Source of the DNA: Folioceros fuciformis
Taxonomy: Eukaryota
Assembly: GCA_049999805.1 (NCBI GenBank)
Contig: JBNGIO010005480.1
Span: 1 to 64,000, forward strand
Length of the DNA: 64,000 bases
Direction of reading: 5' to 3'
Of this stretch, positions 37,199-51,541 are shown one piece after another. Every line of letters begins with the position of its first letter. Position 1 is the stretch's first letter. The notes under the pieces are model-generated. The model ran no database searches. It was not told where the DNA came from and saw only the letters and a list, made by a program, of their open reading frames with translations. The translations under genes were made by a program, and so were the position numbers.

Positions 37199-38032
37199 AT
37201 GGCGGATCAGGAGTGGAAGAGGGTTCGCATGCGAGGGCCTGATGGGCAAGGTGTGGCCCAGCTAACTTTGGACCGGCCGCAGCGGCTGAACGCCGTGGAC
37301 AACGAGCTTTTCCGGGAGCTGACGCACGTTTTGGCAGATCTCGATGCCGACCCGAGCGTGCGCGTCGTGGTGCTGGACGCCAGCGGGCCGCACTTCTGCG
37401 CGGGCATCGATCTTGCCGTGTTGGCGCAGGTGGGGATGGTAGGGGCAGATGAGGATGCAGGAAGGGTTAGGGAGCGCTTCCGTCGCGATGTTCTCAACAT
37501 GCAGGCCGCCTTTACGGCTCTGGAGCAGTGCCGAAAGCCCGTTGTGGCATCCATCCATGGGGCATGCATTGGAGCGGGGGTGGACATGATCACGGCCTGT
37601 GACCTGCGGTACTGCACGGAGGATGCGTTATTCTGTGTGAAGGAGGTGGATCTGGCCGTCACTGCCGACCTGGGCACCCTGCAGCGGTTGCCTAGGATTG
37701 TGGGCGAGGCACGAGCTATGGAGCTCGCTCTTACCGCTCGTCGCTTCAGCGGCAAGGAGGCCAAGGCTCTCGGGTTGGTGAACGATGTTTTCCCCTCAAA
37801 GGCAGCCATGGTGGAGGCTGTCGGGATTTTGGCCAACGAGATTGCCTGTAAGTCTCCTCTTGCAGTGATCGGGACGAAGGCCGTTCTGCTCAAGTCCAGG
37901 GAGCTTTCTGTTGCTCAGGGGCTGGACTATGTAGCCACTTGGAATGCTGCAATGCTCACGTCCAGTGACGATGCTAAGGAGGCTCTTAAGGCTTATGTGC
38001 AAAACCGCAGGCCTTCTTTCTCCAAGCTGTAA
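37199..38032 (+). CDS. DCI1: Peroxisomal Delta(3,5)-Delta(2,4)-dienoyl-CoA isomerase, intronless
   Basis: Crotonase motifs HFCAGID, IHGACIGAGVD, VKEVDLAVTADLGTLQRLP and LDYVATWN. C-terminal PTS1 SKL. Confidence 0.95.
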   Translation: MADQEWKRVRMRGPDGQGVAQLTLDRPQRLNAVDNELFRELTHVLADLDADPSVRVVVLDASGPHFCAGIDLAVLAQVGMVGADEDAGRVRERFRRDVLNMQAAFTALEQCRKPVVASIHGACIGAGVDMITACDLRYCTEDALFCVKEVDLAVTADLGTLQRLPRIVGEARAMELALTARRFSGKEAKALGLVNDVFPSKAAMVEAVGILANEIACKSPLAVIGTKAVLLKSRELSVAQGLDYVATWNAAMLTSSDDAKEALKAYVQNRRPSFSKL

Positions 38033-38466
38033 TATTTCAACCTTTCCCCGGTCCTTGTTTGTAGTCTCCCCTACTTCCGCAGACATCACCTGCCACATGC
38101 GTGTATATGTATACCTGCCATTACAGCCTTCAGAACGACTGTTATGCGTGTATATCCGGAACATCTGACTTGTCCCTGACACGGAAATGCTAATGTTATC
38201 TAATCACCTCCATATCTCGTAAGTAATTGCCCTTCGTGTGTGAGTTGCTTTGTGGAGTGGTGTAAGCTTGACAAAATCACTTTGTGAGCTCCGATAAGAC
38301 ACCGCAGACCCAGAGGGTTGGCGCACTCCAGTAACTGCACCATCAACCACAGGAGAAACAGTGTCATTGTACACCCTCCGTCCGATTCACGACTGTACAA
38401 GTTCTGTGCCATGGTTCTTCCACTCCCCTTACGTAGAAATAGTTGTTGAAGCTCACGCTTTCCATC

Positions 38467-41400
38467 TCAGTCATAAAAGCTGATCTTTTGCTTGCTGGGC
38501 TTCAGAGCAACAACCATTGGCTGGCCGGGTTGCCTTTCAGCATATATGACACACAGAGCATGGAGAGCAACTCCCCAGGCAAAACGGACACTTGGTCGCC
38601 GTTTAGATGTTTTGTCAATCTCTTGCCTACTAGCATGAGCGTATACAACCCAGTAGATGGCAGATGCCTCTTCAAGCACCGTCGTCAAAGGCTTGGTGCT
38701 CTCTTTCAGACATGCAGCGCCGTAGAGTTCCTAAATTGAACACGGCGGGAACACTCGTCAAAGGATGATCAACCAGACGGCAGTCATGCCGGAAAACCAA
38801 ACAAAAAGTTGTTTGATCATACCTGTCTGTAAACGCCAAAAAGGTCCTCACACTCTGCGTCCTTCGATGCAGAATTGCTTCTCAAAATGGACTGCATCTC
38901 AAATCTGTAAGAATGAAACTTACGTTGCCATACTGGTATAAACCTCTGGTAGTTGCCGTACTCGAAATCAGGATCTATGTAGACCGAGTCTGAACACGAG
39001 GAGAAAGCGTCAGAGAAGGAGGAGACTATTTACATAGAGAGAGATTGGTAGAACTACTGCGCTGCGGTTGATAGCCCGGAAGCAGAAAACAAGCGCAACC
39101 TTACTCGTAGGCGAGATCGAACTTTGTGGAGAGTCAATCAGGTCGTACATTTGACCGATGATGGATGTAGAATGGTAGACTTGAATCCCGAAACCTGCTT
39201 GGCTCTCCTTCACTAAATAGTGGGGTATATAGGAAGCTTTCAATTGTTTAGGGAAGTCCACCTGCCATTAAAAGTCCATGGTTTAGTCCACTGAGGGGAG
39301 AGGAAGCGCATACCAAACCAACAGTACCCCCGAACTAGCATGCAGAATACCTGTACGCCAGACTTCTCTGAATCTACTGCGTCGTGATGGATGTCAATGA
39401 TCTTCTTCAAAATTTGTGCAATATGGCACTTCTCGCTTTGATGCTCACATGACAGAGAGAGATACCGGTCCATATGAACCGAGTAGTGCCAAGCTGATTG
39501 GCCGATAGCCGAGCTGATATCCCGCGATTTGCAATGGTGAAACGGAGTTACGTCACCCAAACATAAATCTGTCTCCGAATTTCGGTCAAGCACGGAGAGC
39601 AGGCTGCAACGAACCTGGGGGCAAAGCGCACTTTGAGGAAAGCTTCATGTAGTTCATGCTCCAGCTCATTTTCCGACAAAGTTGCAGGTACTTTCTGATT
39701 GTTTTGAGTGGCTTTTGGGGGGACCTCCCAAGCTTCATACGGCTTCACATGGCTAGTCAGCTGCAGGCAGAATGAATGATACATCAGTTTCTCCGATTCC
39801 GCTTCAGTCACCACCAACGTACCCTCGGAAAGTAGGCTAACTGGGAAACTGAACAGAGCCTTTCCTCTGTATTGATGCAAACCCAATACAGGTCACCATC
39901 TAGGTCACCATTGGCGATCATTTCTGGAGAAGACCGTGGTCCTCGCGTTGAAAAGATGAGGACGTCCTTCCTTCCATTAGTTGGAATAGCACACTCCAGA
40001 TCTGGATTCCATGTAGCTTCCTTCAGATTGATGTCACCAGGGTGTAAGCCTGGGTTTTTGTAGATGAGGACTTGTTTGCAAACAATTGGGCCATCGTCGC
40101 TGCAGATGTGACGGAGCGAACGTGTAACGTAACATCAGGTCCATATCACCAACACTCTACCTAAAGAACAGACTCGTTTAAGAGAACTTACAGAATCAAG
40201 GCAATCTCTCCATGTTTCAGAGTACCAGTAGGATCAGCTGTACCCATCAGGTACCACGATTTAGCCATTAGAAGCCTTCCTTTGTAGAAGTCCTCATACT
40301 TTGACTTGGCAAGCGCATTCAACCTCTCCCTGAGATAGAATTCCTTCGCTGGGTCCATTCCTGCTGCAAGCATTCTACTGACCTCCTCGGCGTACCACTC
40401 GTTTCCACCCTGCATTTTCATGACATCTAGTGTCCACAAACAGGTATTGATCAGCTTCATCCTGAAAGCCGTATTAGGGACTTCAAAGCGTACATGGTAT
40501 GTGCTACCTTTCTTCACCCTCTCCAAGTCAGTATATTGTTGTTTGGCATCCTCGAGCGCATGCTGAGCAAGTTGAAGGAAATAGCTGTCGGGCACTTTTC
40601 TCCGGCTTAACAACATGATCAAATTTTTGGAGAGACTTGCTTCTTTAGCCTTTCGACTGTAACACATCGAGACACAGATGCACAGAACATTCGGATCATG
40701 CATACCCTTGAAGCAGAGCAAAACTCAGATTAGAAAGCTAACGAACCAATCTGACCTTGTGGAAACCAGCTCCAAGGAGTTGAAACTGGGCAGATCACTT
40801 AATGCCTCGTCCCGAGAAACTTTTACCATCGACTTACGACACTTTATTGTCCTGGGTCGCATCTGAGGAACACAATTTTCCTATGTCAGTCTCCTTTCCT
40901 CTCTCCACATGGACAGAGTTGCCATCTAGACACCTTACAGTTTCCACTGCCAGGAGTGTGCCCTTGACAGCGATGCCACCCGTGAACATTCGTACTTGTG
41001 CAAGCAAGGGCGGGATGTCCTGAGCATGAAACGATTCCAGGCTTAATAAAAGACAAGAGATACGGCGAAGTCAGGCAGCAGGGGATGTCATCTCCACCTC
41101 GCGATCGCTCGCTTCTCGGAAGCTTTGACCTTTTATTAGATCACTTGGTATGAGCTTAGCCAAATCCACGGATATTTGTCCCGCACCGTCTGTGGCACAT
41201 GAGTCCTTTCCTGCAGGGTCCTGGACAGATTTCAACTTAAACCAGAACGTTACCAGCAGGTTGGTGAAGCACACTGGGAACATCTCTCAGCGAGAAAGTG
41301 CCAGGACGGGCAAGGCAGAATCAAGGTCCCACCAGACAGTGGATATCGTCCTCCACACGTACGTCCACGGTTAACAGATCAATCCCAACTACTGCCCTTG

Positions 41401-43522
41401 TTTTCGTCAGCAATAGTTGCTGCCTGGAAGATTCCGAGATCAATTCCCCGTCAAAGACCCTTAAGGCAACGACTGTGGTTAAGCTTGTCGTTCGCATCAC
41501 ACACCACAAACATGCCTGGCGATAAACTTCGCTATGGTCGGAGTCTGATATATGTGGCAGAAGTAGTTTCTAAGGTCCTTCACGCTCCGCCCCATCATGA
41601 AGCTGCATTCCTGGTCTGCTACAGCGTCGGATCGGAGGCACACAAAGAAGCACTTGACAGACGAAGACCTTGGTAGTCCGAATTTGGTTTTGACCTTGTC
41701 CTTTGCTGTTTCCTTATGAACTGCCCACAAGTTCGAGTGTTCCAAACAATCAGCCTGCGAAGCAACTACGATGCGCAGGTAATAAAGATACTGAACCTGG
41801 TCGAAACCCACACCCTTCCCACGAAGCAAACACTACTCATTCCCAACCATGCCAAAACCTCGCCCTGAGGGAACAGTCAACTTACTGAAGTAGACGTAAT
41901 GTCTCAAACCAAGATAAATGCCATCCTCCAAGACCCTCCGGTAGTTGTCGTAGTCTCTGCCAGGAGACTCCTCAAACTGCACACGAAGAACTCTTCCTTC
42001 ACCAAGTACTCGCTGCAAAGCATTCCCTCCCGCAAATGGACTTCTGCCCTGCCAGGAACCACATCAGAGAGCAGAGCCTGGGACCTTGAGAAGCGAGCTG
42101 CCCCACACTGTACCCAAAACAGCCCCATCCACTGACCATGTAAGTACAGTGAGCCTGTGGGTCAATACTGCATTCAGGTATGGTGAACTCGTTGGCATCC
42201 CTTGCCCAATGTTTCTGCAAGCGTACCACAAGTACAACTGAGGAAGGCAACAGGCAATCGCCATAAACTATGGAAAGCGTACACAGCTTGGTTGAGGAAT
42301 CCAGACCTTGGTCATTCCCACAGGTTTCGGGATCTGTCTTTCTTGGGCAAGATTGCACAAAAAAGACTCCTCCCTCTCGAGTGGAACGTTCCCAAACTCC
42401 TCCAAGTCTTCAGGTGTTAGTAGATTCAGATACTCGGGTCTGTTACTTGTTATCTGTAGGATTAAACTTCTCTTCCAAAATTCCAGATTGCCCAAAGCCC
42501 GCTCTCGACAATCTGGACAACTCCACGACGCATGGCGTCAGGACTCACTTAGTCGCATTGCCCGACCACTTGCGACTGGAGCCTTCACCACCACCAACGT
42601 ACAAACCGGACAAACCTTGAACACGGGAGTGAGATGGAGCGTGGCTGTTGAACGCGCTGGGATGAACTTCTCCAAACTCTCCACATTCCAACTCTCCCGG
42701 GCATTCGAACCAAACCTCGTCTGAGGAGCTAGAGCACTCATCCCAAACCTCTTGGGAGGAGCCAGGGCATTTGTACCACCTGTCTTCAGAGCGATAAGCA
42801 GATGGCCTAAGAAGATGCCGATACACATCACTCGCACTAGAGATACGCGGACTCTGAATGGCTGACGCGAGCTGGTAAAGCGCAGACGCTTCCCCCAACG
42901 ACGCAAGCAGGTGGCGAACTTGTGGAGAGGGCTGAATTCCCTTACTCCGGCAAACGAAATCAAGCAGCTGTTCCACATGGTCTGGAAGAGGAGGGTCCCG
43001 GTCCCCGCTACGGCTGTGCTCCTCCCGTCGAGCATCGCTGCAAGCAGAGCGAGAGGGCGCCGCGGGAGAGAAGCACTGCGAGGACGAAACGCCGGAGGTC
43101 ACGGCCCCGGGACTTCCAGAAGTGCTCTCTATCACCTTTTTCAGATACCCAGACAAACTGAGAACGGGGCTGCTAAACGATGCGACTTCTCTCAAAACGC
43201 AGAGAGAGTGCTCCTCCGTGAGCGCGAGCAGCTGCTTCACGCAGGAAGAATCATACGTTGTCTGCCTCCTGGCACAGACTCTTCGGAGCTCGTCCAGCTC
43301 CCGTGGCGTTAGCCGGCCTCTCCTGGCCATGACTGCCTCCAAGGTGACAGGCGGACGCTGAATCAAGCCCGGCTGCCGTCCTGCACCACATTGCGACTGG
43401 CGTTCGGGGACCATGACAGGACGCCTCGTGGCGGCGGAGGAGGACGCCTGGGTTGCCCATTGGGAGTCCTCGGTGCTCGCGCTGATGCTGCGCTTGCTAC
43501 CAGACGCCGTCACCTGACGCAA
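38467..43522 (-). CDS. RDR: RNA-dependent RNA polymerase, gamma clade (RDR3/4/5-like), many exons; start uncertain (first in-frame ATG ~43414)
   Basis: Gamma-type segments LQRVLGEGRVLRVQF, SSVKCFFV and FCHIYQTPTIAKFIAR; core DGAGQISVDLA, AVKGTLL, YLMGTADPTG, YKNPGLHPGDI, IFSTRGPRS..EMIANGDLDGDLYWV, YIPHYL and FAWGVA. Confidence 0.93.
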
Positions 43523-44181
43523 TGTCCGTACATTTGTTTTGTGATACTCTCATTCTTTTTCCATCTTACCAGATAAGACCACGGGACAGAGGCAAGGACA
43601 ACACAGGGGACAGGACAACAGCATTTCCGTTTCTATGTACAGTACATAATACAGAACTGGGTTTCCCCGTTATGTCGAAGTCTAATACTGTGCATAGGTC
43701 GATCACACAAAACGCGACGCGACGGCAACTATGACTTCTCTGTCGGAGACGACCACCTGATGGAAACGAAGTCGTGTACAAGTGTGGAGGAAAACAACGA
43801 GAACTAATTAACCGCTAGAAATCATGAACAATTTAACCAACCCCTCAAGGATACGTTAAAAAAATGTTTGAGTTTCATAAGGTGGAAAGTAAAATAAGAA
43901 TCAACATCCAGGGCAATTCGTCTCACTCCCGATTAATGTTTGGTTTTCTGGAGAGAGGAAAATCAACACAAGGATCAACATTAGAGTGGATTGATCTTAA
44001 TCTCAATCAACATTCCATCATTTGCATCTACTTTTTGAGGTTATGGTATATTTCTATACTTATTAGATTTTACTTGGATAGTTTTGCGTTACAACAAAAC
44101 TTGCTTTTTGATCATTTTCAAATCCTTGTGTTCTCTTGCAAAAAGATAGGTTTTGCCAAACCTAATTTTTGAGGCAAGCCC

Positions 44182-44238
44182 ATTGTTTCAATCATCTCGC
44201 GCATTGTTTCAATCTTCTCGCGCATTGTTTCAATCTTG
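44182..44238. repeat. 21-bp tandem repeat, ~2.7 copies
   Basis: CATTGTTTCAATC(A/T)TCTCGCG repeated in AT-rich intergenic DNA. Confidence 0.85.
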
Positions 44239-45132
44239 TGCTAAAGCAACCTTAAGCATCAATTTTTATGGCAAGACCTTTCCATCCTCAATTCCTATGA
44301 ACAAGACCAAAGCCCTGCTCTGCTCTTTTCTTTGTGAGCAAACATCTTCTCTAAAGAAAATTTGGGACATCTTTTACATAACTTCCACTCAAAAATACCA
44401 CAAACCGAGCACTTACATACGTTGTGTGTAGTGATTCTGGAGACGGAAAACTTGGAGAATGAATTTTGGTGATTAAATATACACAGTATAGTGTTCACTC
44501 AATACCAGAAACTGAGCTTTGTCCTGGTTCAAGGAAGCGGCAAAGTAGCGAGACGTCGGAAATTTGTCATCCCACCTACCCCAAGCTTTGCCCAAAAATC
44601 AGAGTTTGAAACACACGTTCGGCTTCGGGACGAAGTGAAAGGCTAGATGCCTACCCGTTCGATGGAGTGCCGACGGTGCTGCGCAGGAGACAAGTACAGG
44701 CACCAGCAAAAAATTTCGTGCACACAACGTATACAAGTGCCTTCGTATTCGTTTCGGCTACTAATCGACTATGTCGACAGAAGCGTAACAAATGTCGCAT
44801 TTAAACGTCGAGCACAATTCACAAACAGCACGCGCTCTCCATGTGCAAAGTCGAATTGCATCCTCCGCAATGGGCGCGAGGATTTAGGGACGATCCCGTA
44901 AAAATGCTTACGGTGACAACAAATACGAATTGATCTCGCGTAAAAGTAAAGTGTTCCAAAGACAGCAGTCAAACGGACTTGCACTCTCTAGTGCAAGAAA
45001 TACAAGTCATGTTCTAATGACCTCAGAGTTCAACGATGCTTGGTTTGCAGCTCAAGAAGCAACACGCGGAAAAATTCTGGTCCCACCTACGAATATTCTA
45101 GATCACCTTCAAACCTCCTGCGAAATAGAGAT

Positions 45133-46845
<1,713 letters not shown>

Positions 46846-46884
46846 CTACGCGCAGGGAGGGAACTAGCTCAGATCAAGAAATGC

Positions 46885-47294
46885 CTGCGAAAAACAACAG
46901 AACAGAAGGCAAAGTCAGAGAACAAAACTAGATCGCGACCGCGAGAGCGCCAGATCATTCAAAGGACAGACCACCAGGAAACGAGCGAAAGCCCAGAGCA
47001 TTACTGCCACACTATCAGACAAACGCCCAGACATACCGACACACACCACTGCCTCCACCGGGGATCAGACGCGAGTAGCGACTAGCGCCGACCGGCGGCG
47101 GGCTTCCCACAGCCACAGCACACCTGCCGGCCCAAAACCTCCACAAATCAGAGCGGAAGCACACAAACAAACTCCCTCAAACGTTCCAAGCACAGAGAGC
47201 ACCGATCGGCCCAAGATAAGCAACAAGAGCGCCGTCCTAGGCCGCCGCAAGACAGAGGACCAGATCTGTTCCCCACAACGCACCGGCAGCTCAC
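46885..47294 (-). promoter_or_regulatory. Probable 5' UTR intron of alpha-tubulin
   Basis: CAG|GTGAGC donor at 47294 and TTTTTCGCAG acceptor at 46885. Pyrimidine-rich leader and a TATA-like AATAAAT at ~47490 upstream. Confidence 0.65.
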
Positions 47295-48499
47295 CTGGGG
47301 CGGCAGAAGATGGACGGCAAGAAGCGGGGGCAAGCAATGCGCTCAGATGCGCAATGCCGCTAGCGCTGGAGCTGTCCGGGAGGAGGCGAGGGAGGGGAGG
47401 GCGCAGGCGCAGGGCCGCGGGCGGCGCAGTGTGAAAGAAGAGAGAAAGAAGAGAAAGAGTGAGGGCGGGAGAAAGCGGGCAGGGATTTATTTCTCTGGCA
47501 CGCCCGAGCACATGCTGGCTGCCAGAGGCATTTCAAAAATTACGACGGGCTTTGGCCCACTCGGTAACCCCGTTACTCGTAACGGAGGGGATATTTTGCT
47601 TCTTCCCGCCAACTCGTGCCTGCCTGCCGTCTGGTGGTAGCCCTAACCCCGTTTTGACGAAAGAGACGTTGGCGGGATGTCCGTTCTATATCTGTAAAAC
47701 AAGGTTTCTCGCCGCAAATCTTCCCGCTCCCTGCCGGCCTGTGATCCAGTGCGCGACCGCCATTTGGGCCAACCCGGTGCCGGGCTCCGAGCCTGGTTCC
47801 ATCTGGGATATCGGGGACATCAAGGAAACTTACCCCGAGATTTGACCCATGGTTCCATGTCCATTTCTCCGGTAAGGGGTAATAGGGGTAGCTGCCTAGT
47901 TGTTTGCACACACCAATCACACTCATCCTCGGTGGTTGTCTGTGGCTTTTTACGACATGCATCGACAGCGAGTTTGAATTTTCTTTCTCTGGCCTTGTGT
48001 ACACAACCACACGGTGCGCTTACTGTGGTCTTGTCCAGAAAGCAATGGCACTCATTGCATCAAATTTGGGTCCTCTAGATTAAGCAAAACGTTGGGAGGC
48101 AGAGGAATGTTTGTGAAGGAATGATACGGAGAAGGAAAATGAAGGCAGATCCAGAACGCAGCTCACATGACATGCCGTACTGCTCTGGAGAAGGCACATG
48201 CCAACAACTCACATTCTGGAGCTGCACAGCCTGTCACGGACTGGACCCGTCTCGTAATCCGAAGGAAGACATCGGCTCCCGCCTGACACACCCGGATGGA
48301 GCCCCCCCTGCCTTTAACCTATACTGCGAAGAGTTTGTGCGAAACGGGTGTACATGTGATTCCCCTCCACGGGGGTGGACCCTGTGGAGCAACTCCGACT
48401 GCTGGTGCCCATGATCCTCTTCTTCAGCTTCCCATGCTTGGCTAAGAAAGAGCCTGAGAAGAAAAGCCATGGGTCCTGCAGCCGCAGCTTACAGGCCGT

Positions 48500-49794
48500 C
48501 TAACCCTGGACAGCACCTTCACCATGGCGGAGGAAGCGAGACAGAATTTTCCTTCCTTCCATCAACCCGTTGGAGAAGAAGATGGACGCGTACTCTCCGA
48601 ACAAGTAGTCTCGGTAGAGCGCGGGCCGCTGCGGTGTCACCGTCCCCGGCAGAGGAGTGATGAGCAGATCCGACTTCGGGCGGAGGAAGGCGGCAACCGA
48701 CATGCGGGTGCTGTCCCGGTTCACCAGGCTGCGGTGCTCGGCGCTAAGGTAGACGGCGTTGGTGAGTGCGTGCATGGAGTCCCCCAGGTTGATGACTAAG
48801 GCATCGGGGAGAGGGTCCACCGTCACCCACTGGCCCTCATGCTTCACCTGGAGCCCGCTCACATCGTCTTGCAGCAGAACGGTGAGGACTGTGTTGTCCG
48901 TGTGACACGAGATGCCCAGAGTCAGGTCAGGCTGCGGGCATGCCGGGTAGTAGTTCATGTTGATCGTGGCGGGGCAGTCCTTTGCGCTGAACACAGCATT
49001 GATGTCGGGGTTTTGCAGGCCCAGGTTCTCCGCCACCGCTCTCAGTACGCTGTGCATCAGGTTTCCAACCTCCTCCTGGTATCGGAACAGCGTCTCTCTG
49101 AACGGAACGGCAGCAGGCAGTTAGACTTGCAGGCCATGCACAAACAAGGGAGGAACGCAGGTTCCGAGACGGGATCGCGGCTTTACTTGTATCCTGGTGG
49201 CTTGGCAGGGAAGGGCCGAGTGTCGGACCGGCAGCCATCAGGGAAACCGTGAATGACTACGTCCCGCCAGTCCAGTGTCTCGGTGGTTTGAGAGGAGAAG
49301 GCGACGGAGAATCGCCCCACGCTGGGATGCAAGGACGGGTCGCCATTCAGAGTCTTACTCAGCTCCTCCGAGGGCATGGAGAAGATGGCCTTGCCCAAAT
49401 CCTTGAGCCGGGCAACCACCTCTCGTGGCACTCCATGGTTCACCACCTGCCGGGGCAGTGATAACATTGCTGCATCAGATCCGACAGGCGGACCAAGTGT
49501 CCACCTTTCGAATTCCCTGCACAACCTCCAACAAAGTTACCTGAAACATCCCCACTCACGGCACGCCTGGTCTATTTCTCGCATCGTCTCCTTCCTTCCG
49601 GGACAGCCATGGCTCAATTGCTGCAGATCTATGACAGGAACTTTCCAGCTCTCCGGCACCTCCCTGGCTTCCCCCGCACTGGGGCGCTCCCTGCCGGATT
49701 TGATGTAGATACCAGCGATTTTGGTGTGCCCGTCTCCAGCCTGTTCCAGAAACGACTTCACTCCGGTCACTCTCAGCTGGTCCTGGAATGCCAT
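48500..49794 (-). CDS. 2-oxoglutarate/Fe(II)-dependent dioxygenase, DOXC class (3 exons)
   Basis: VPVIDL, ACREWGCFRVVNHGVP, LDWRD, NYYPACPQPDLTLGISCHTD, VINLGD, HRSLVN and RMSVA. HxD..H and RxS are intact. Confidence 0.95.
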
Positions 49795-50099
49795 GGTCGT
49801 GCAACGGCTTCTACTGTTAGAGCTCAACAGAATACTCTTAAAAGAAGTAACAGACAGTGAAGTTTCCTCTCAGAGTCCACCAGCAGGAAAGTTCATGCTT
49901 ACTCACCTCGTAAAAGTACGAGATATTTAAAAAGCATGGTATCCCGACAGGTGGGCTGCCCTTTCACATCACCTTCTTGGAATCTCAAGGTCGGCAATCT
50001 TATCGGCTTGGCGGGTCGAGGAGGAAGATGGAAAGCACGGCCTTACCGCCGTGGTAAGCAAGCAAGCAATCTGGCTTATCCCTGCTGTACTGGGAATGA

Positions 50100-51242
50100 C
50101 ATGCGCGTACTCTTACGACAAGTGAAGGTTCGATGTTCCACACTTTGGAATGTCCCGTTCGTTGCCGCCTGCATCCAGAAACATGTCACGTTGAGATTCA
50201 ACCTCGTGAGGAGACATAACTACCCTGCACATGGGGAAGCTACGTACAGTAGCTAGTGAATGACCTTCATGGAATCCCAGATGCTGACGACAGAGGCGTT
50301 AGAAATAAGCCCCACACCATTCCAGCTGCAGTTTCCCTCAGCCTGCAGTATTCCCACCTCCTCTTGTAAAAACACCATGATGGCTCTGGCATCTACTGAT
50401 GCCCAGGGTGAGCTCTGGCTCGGGGCTGGCAGGTAGTAGTTCATGTTCAGAACATAGTCCCTGCCGAACACATAGTTGAGGTACCTATCTTCCAAGCCAA
50501 GGTTGTCTCCCATAACGTCCAGGATCGCCTCAGCCAGCTTGTAAGAAACAAGGTGTTTTGCACACACAGCATGTCAGGAATCCTTCATGCATGTCAGATG
50601 TCGACGCAATTTTCGAGTAGATGGAACAGGTGGCTAAGAACAGGAGACCTGTTATCACTTGTATCCTGCAGGCTCGGCAGTAGCCAGCCAAGGTAGAGGG
50701 TCAGACGCCCAGATGTCAGGAAAATAGTGACAGAGAACAGCCCACCATTCCAGCACCTTGACACTATGACCTGAAAGGCCGGTCTCAAATCTTGCTACAC
50801 CGGGATAGAGAGCCTTGTCCGCTTTACGACTCTCACAAATCTTCTCCGAGGGCGTGGAGAAGATCGCTTCCCCGAGAGCCTTGAAGTCCGCAAGAAGCTG
50901 CTCCGGGACCCCATGGACCCTACCAGGCTTTAGACAAGGGGTCCAAGAACGAAACTTCCAATCGGCCAGTAACCACTGCCTTGCAGGGAGAATTCCCACT
51001 CTCGGCAGGCTCGACCCATCCCTAGCAGCGCTTGCCTGTCCCTCGTCCGGTCCTACTTGGCCGGGCTTCCCCATGTCGATATCGTGCACCTCGAGACTCT
51101 CGGCCAGCCAATTCGTTTCCACGAGATTGGGTCGCTTGCGTTCCGGCCTGTCGTAGATTTAAAGAATTCTTTAGGGGCCAGCCAGCTTTAGAAAGGCTTT
51201 CACGCCCGCTTCTGTTAGCCATTTTTCTTTGCTTTCTCCATG
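50100..51242 (-). pseudogene. Degenerate tandem paralog of the 2-ODD gene
   Basis: RPERKRP, VHGVPEQLL..KALGEAIFS, PAGYK, MNYYLPAP (frameshifted) and VVSIWDSM. Stop, frameshifts and loss of the HxD motif. Ends approximate. Confidence 0.82.
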
Positions 51243-51541
51243 GCAACAGCTTTCTTCTTAGACTTGTCTTTGTCCGACCAGCGAGGAGGACCGCATAGGA
51301 AGCAACAAATGCCCAGAGCGTAGTCGGAGGTCGCCCCTGGACGATCAAATCGCGCGCCAAGGAGTAGGGTGAGGTACACAAATGAAATGTCCAAGTGTGG
51401 ACACGTTTCCATCCCGTTTCCCGCTGCACTGCATACTTTTGAGATGAACCAGACCAGTTTCTCACGCAGAGACTGTGTGGGTTCTGGCACGGCCCCCAGC
51501 CTGCGAAGCGAACGTCCACTTCTAATGATCCAGTTTTTCAC

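Noticed and set aside
47573-48470. 145-aa and 78-aa - strand ORFs between tubulin and the 2-ODD gene
   Set aside because: No recognisable domain or splice structure; likely promoter and 3' UTR sequence.
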